A stretch of DNA of 63,871 bases, the filler included, from Pelomyxa schiedti (taxonomy: Eukaryota; Protista; Evosea): NCBI GenBank assembly GCA_020536535.1. It is 7 parts of 7 records of this genome, joined end to end, with 100 filler letters (N's around TTAATTAATTAA, not from the genome) between each part and the next. Parts side by side here need not be neighbours in the genome. Positions count along the whole stretch, not along the records: positions 58,984 to 62,679 come from JAHLWZ010001705.1; positions 62,780 to 63,871 come from JAHLWZ010002848.1; 5 more parts are not named here. One strand, given 5' to 3'. The position numbers and the translations under genes were made by a program. Shown one piece after another: positions 59,609 through 63,871 of the stretch. The stretch's first letter is position 1. The number at the start of each line of letters is the position of its first letter. The notes under the pieces were generated by a model, which saw nothing but the letters and a program-made list of their open reading frames with translations, made no database searches and had not been told where the DNA came from.

Positions 59609-61766
59609 TTACAAGCATGCATCTCGCTTTGTAATGGCAAACCATAGAGGAGTTTCGGTACCCACAGTTCTGGCAGTTTTGTAGAAACGCACCATCTCGC
59701 GTTTCGTTAGTCCCAACTTGGAGACAGAGAACTCAATGTTGAGGGGTGATGCAGCTACAATGTACAGGAAGCTTTCAGTATCTCTCACAACGTCAGCTGT
59801 GATTTCTGGGAACTGTCTCAGCAACATCCTCCATGTTCTCAGGCTGACTGAATGCCACGAGTTGTACCTCTTTTTCACCATGTCCATCACCTTGTTTGGT
59901 TGTATTTGTAAGTTTAGAAAGAATCTCAAAAAAAGAACAAGATACAACCTCATGGAACGTGACGTGGAATTTTGTGATGATCCACTCAGCACAGCTGGCT
60001 CTGGACGCGATGATCAAAACATAGAGAATCTGGTTGTTGTTCTGAGTGACTTGGTCTCTTGTCAGGTTGAAGCTCTCAATCAACCACTTCACCACTTTGC
60101 TGGATGAGCATTCCAACTCTGCTTGCAAGGATTCTGCCACTTCTGACTGTGAGAACTGGCCAAGTGCAGCCATCTTCTGTGCTGAGGCCAGGTCTGATCG
60201 TGGAAGACATCCCAGCACTTCTTTCCACATCGTTGCTGTGTTTGTGTCATGTGGGAGGTGAAATGTCTCCAGCAGGTACAGTGCCCCTCTGATGTTGTCA
60301 AGCTTCAAGCACTCCAGGATTGATTCCGTCACTTCATGCTGCTCAATGAGTTCCACATGTGGAACACGGTCAAGGAACCACTTCAGAGCTTCTGGGCCTT
60401 CAGTGTAATGAGTTGCACATGAAAGAGTGAGGGATTTCACTCCTCCTGTTTGGGTTAGATGGTAAGTGTCCTCCAACCAGTCAGCAACTGCAAAATTTCC
60501 AACAGACAGTGCATTCATGATTGAATTATCAATCACTGAAACAGTATTTGCTCTCTGAATCATGACCTTCACCACTTCGACACTATCTTTTTGGTTTTGG
60601 AAAACATCATAAAAGCATTCAGGAAGAGGCACATTGAAACTGTCAATGAGCCACTCAATGAGATTGGCATCACAGATGCTGTTGTAAGCACACCACAAGC
60701 AGAAATTTGTATCAGGCATCACCAAACCACTTTCAATGAGCCACCTCAACGTCTTTTGGTGGTAGACCTGGGTCGACTCTGTATCCAGCTTCCATTCTGG
60801 GAACTTGTTTGAAAACCACTTGCACCCTTCAATTTGTTCCTCTGCAGTACTTTCCCCTGACAGAAGGCCTTTATAATCAGCATCCTCTTCAGTCAGAGCG
60901 AACACATCATCACACCACTTCATCACCTCCAGGTTCCGACTCTGTCCTGCAAATTGATATCCATATGACAACACCCTCGAAGCCAGCCTCATGTCAAAGC
61001 GCCACGCAAGCCACTGAGCCACACCAAGGTGCCCACCCTTGAGTGCTGCGATGATTGGCTTGCCGAGCTCCCACTCCTTCACACCAAACCTCGTGATGAT
61101 CCACTTGGCAACGTCCAAGTGGCCTTCCTTGCAAACACAGCACAGCAGCGTACTCGTGTCTTCAACCTCGGTGTCATACACCAGATCCCTCACCATAAAA
61201 TCATTGTCATTCTCGAGATCACCGGCACCACCCAGCCACTTTATCCCACAATCCTCCCACCACATCCTCCTCCCGCTTCTTTCTGCTTCTTCTCCACCGT
61301 CGACGAGCCTCTGGGCAGTGGCCAGGTGCCCGCCCACGCACAGCCCCCACAGCACCCCCACCGCCTCCCTCTCCTCGTTCCTCCCCCCGCCGCCCCTCCC
61401 TCCTCCTGCGGCCTCGCCGTGCCTTCTCAGTAGCAGCCACGAGGCGCACCTTCCGCGCTCGCCGTCGGCGCCACCCGCGTCCGCTGCGCAATCGAGGGCG
61501 AAGTAAGAGGAGAGGCGCCGCCACCACAGCGTGCCGAGCACCGCGTGGCAGGCCCGCGGGACCAGCGGGAACATGGCCTCGGCAACCCGCATCACCGCCA
61601 CGCAGTCGCCCCTCGTGGTGGGGGGGTGGTGCCACCCGCCGCCGCCGTCGACGCGCCGCGCGGGCCTGGGAACCAACACGGGGACCACGTGGTCCCACAC
61701 GACTCGCGACATCATCAGCAACCTGCCCACTCCTTCTCCCTTCGGTGTTGTCGTGGTCGTTGTCAT
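59609..61766 (-). CDS. Ankyrin-repeat-like protein of the MMSRVVWDH family
   Basis: LWGLCVGGHLATAQRLV, CKEGHLDVAKWII and ALKGGHLGVAQWLA; an intron near 59892-59950 joins FHE to VMDMVKK...SLRTWRMLLRQFPEIT. Confidence 0.85.
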
Positions 61767-61937
61767 GGAAGCTGAAGTAGATGATTTTTAAAAATTAAAA
61801 AGAAAATGTGACAGAGAATTTACCTTTGATCGAAGGTTTCCCAGAACTAGGGGTAGGCCGTCCAGTTCTGTAACTTTCACCTCGCGGCATCAGCTAAAGT
61901 AAATGAACTCGCCATTCATCACACGGGTGATTTAAAA

Positions 61938-61974
61938 AATCAACAGACCGGAACGTTGTAATTTTCGTTATCGT
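61938..61974. repeat. Dispersed conserved non-coding element, copy C
   Basis: AATCAACAGACCGGAACGTTGTAATTTTCGTTATCGT. Confidence 0.75.
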
Positions 61975-62039
61975 GGCACAGGAACATCACCTCGGCAATT
62001 CTGCAAACCTGCTTTTTGTGAATGTCGTTGACCAAGACG

Positions 62040-62679
62040 ATGAGCGAGGCCGAAGCGGCGATGAACAACACCCACAACGTGAGGATAGTCGCTCTGCTCG
62101 AGCCACTCTCTCTGCCGCGAGGGGAGATGGAGAGGGAGACGGGGGGGAGTGCGAGCGGGAGCGGGAGGGGGGGAAGGGAGGAGAAAGGGGTCACAGTGAG
62201 GGAGAGGCTGTGGGGGGGCCCGCATGGGGTGACCCTCACCCCTGATGTTAGGGAGTTATACCCAGGCTGCAAGTCTGACGAGACCCCACGCCCAAATTAC
62301 ATTATCAAGGCATGCAAATTCATCCCTTGAGTTACAGCAACACAAGGATGGTTTTCTTTTACTAACTTAGTAATTAATCCACAGCCGTCGATTGCCCTGA
62401 TGCAATACTCCGCACCAAGCGATGTTCCTCTGCCCCCAGGGACAAATGTATGTGCGTAGTTTGTTCGTTGTTTATTTAATCGTTTCCAATCAATTCGTTT
62501 CTCGAATTTTCTTTCTATTATTATCAGTTTCTTTCCTATTTGGTCACCATTTTCCCCAACCACAGAGCCGGGATTTTTGGATCAACCTATTGGACTCCAG
62601 GCCAAACCACATTCACCTCGCAGCTGATTCAGCATCATCTCTCCGAATTTCGGATGGTGTCATTGTTGTTGTGGACTGC
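62040..62679 (+). CDS. Degenerate EF-2/EFL1-like G-domain protein, truncated by the gap
   Basis: HNVRIVAL, HGVTLTP and FWINLLDSRPNHIHLAADSASSLRISDGVIVVVDC parallel the EF-2 motifs NIRN, RGITI and INLIDSPGH...AALRVTDGALVVVDC. Confidence 0.6.
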
Positions 62680-62779
62680 NNNNNNNNNNNNNNNNNNNNN
62701 NNNNNNNNNNNNNNNNNNNNNNNTTAATTAATTAANNNNNNNNNNNNNNNNNNNNNNNNNNNNNNNNNNNNNNNNNNNN

Positions 62780-63871
62780 CCCCGAACCCAAAAGGTGAGA
62801 GCGGCACCAACAGGCTGCCGGAAATTCTTCAAGGCAAGCTCGGGTTCCAGCCAAACGAGATGCCGGTCTTCACCTACTCGCTCCTATCAGTGTTGCTCAC
62901 AGACACTCCCGCCGCACCACCTGACATCTCAGTCATTTCAACATCCCCTCCACAGCAACAACAACCATCAACACCACCAACAGCAACAGAAACAGAAACA
63001 ACCACACAAACAACAACAACAACAGCAACAATAATCCCATCCACGCCACAACCACCTCCACAATCACCTCCCCCTCGTACTCCATCATCATCAACAGCAA
63101 GCACCCCGGCACCAACAACACAGTCCTCAGTCAAGATGCCCGCAACAACCAACAATCTATAATCTAGTGCCGCGAATTGAGCTTTTCTTGTTTTTATCAA
63201 AAAAGTTTGGTTTGGCGTTGATGTTTACGGCGGACGACTTCCCCGTCCACGACAACGACATCGACGGCGAGGTTTTCGACGATGGCACCTCCCATAATAG
63301 CCCCAAGCAGGGGCTCTTGATGCCAGAGCCGAGTCCTGCTGATTCTGGCGACACCCATAATGGCGATGATGCCGACGGCGAGCACCAACAACCATCACAA
63401 TTTGACACGACGTCACCATCAACGGTAACAGCAAAACCAACAGCAACCAACAAAACAACCCATAATGTAAAAACAACAAAACCAGTGGGTGGTGGCACAA
63501 CTTCCCCATTAAAACAACAACAACCGCAGCAGAATCAAAGTCAACAGCAACAACTGCTACAGCAACTTCTACGTAGAGAAAATGCAGCCTCTGCTGTGAC
63601 CAATAGTCCCAGCCCAGTGTCATCACCGCAGCAGATTCACCGAAGCCCGGCGGCCCGGCCCCAGGGGGCTGCTAATGTGAGCGGCGGTACTTATGGGTCT
63701 GGTGTCACAGGGAGGCAAGGGGGCCTGGTTGCTGCATCGAGCAACTACTGCTACCCTGTCACTGTGGTCAATTCTGCACTGAGTGTCATAAGCAGGGAGG
63801 AACTGGAATCTAGGCTCATTGATGTGAAGGATGACAACACTACGTTGAAGAAGTCTTTGCGGGCTCAGGAG
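62780..63871 (+). CDS. Low-complexity Thr/Pro/Gln-rich protein with a coiled coil, continuing past the window end
   Basis: Open frame from about 63170 to 63871 ending SREELESRLIDVKDDNTTLKKSLRAQE; upstream T/P-rich segment at 62860-63162. Confidence 0.55.

Overview
Eukaryotic (protist) scaffold with the standard genetic code and dense, short GT-AG introns (mostly about 40-70 nt). It contains several N-gaps, some with an artificial TTAATTAATTAA linker. The gene-family signatures (ARxQF..ASHxRCG..SPAR..LWDTWV proteins, MMSRVVWDH ankyrin-like proteins) resemble what I recall of the archamoeba Pelomyxa; this is inference and was not verified. Recognisable genes: M28 peptidase (plus the 3' end of a tandem paralog), SEL1-repeat protein, LNR-repeat surface protein, RasGEF, RING/B-box/coiled-coil protein, CBM25-EGF-GH13 alpha-amylase, PRMT1, DUF21/CNNM-like protein, atypical Rho GTPase, ArsM-like methyltransferase, AIG1-like protein, FAHD1, NAF1, F-box-like/ZZ protein, ankyrin-like proteins and a degenerate EF-2-like G domain. 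Seven intronless members of one expanded family share a conserved N-terminal module. The 27.3-38 kb region is a mobile-element mosaic: a ~400-bp LTR family (a solo LTR with a 4-bp TSD inside a MORN gene; a 5' LTR with a tRNA-Ala-type PBS), a palindromic ACACAAAGTGCGCC motif lattice with a MITE, a 441-bp inverted duplication, and a possible Harbinger transposase/Myb pair. Differences between repeat copies are dominated by CpG-to-TpG/CpA changes, suggesting cytosine methylation of repeats. Exon boundaries were read by eye and are approximate.
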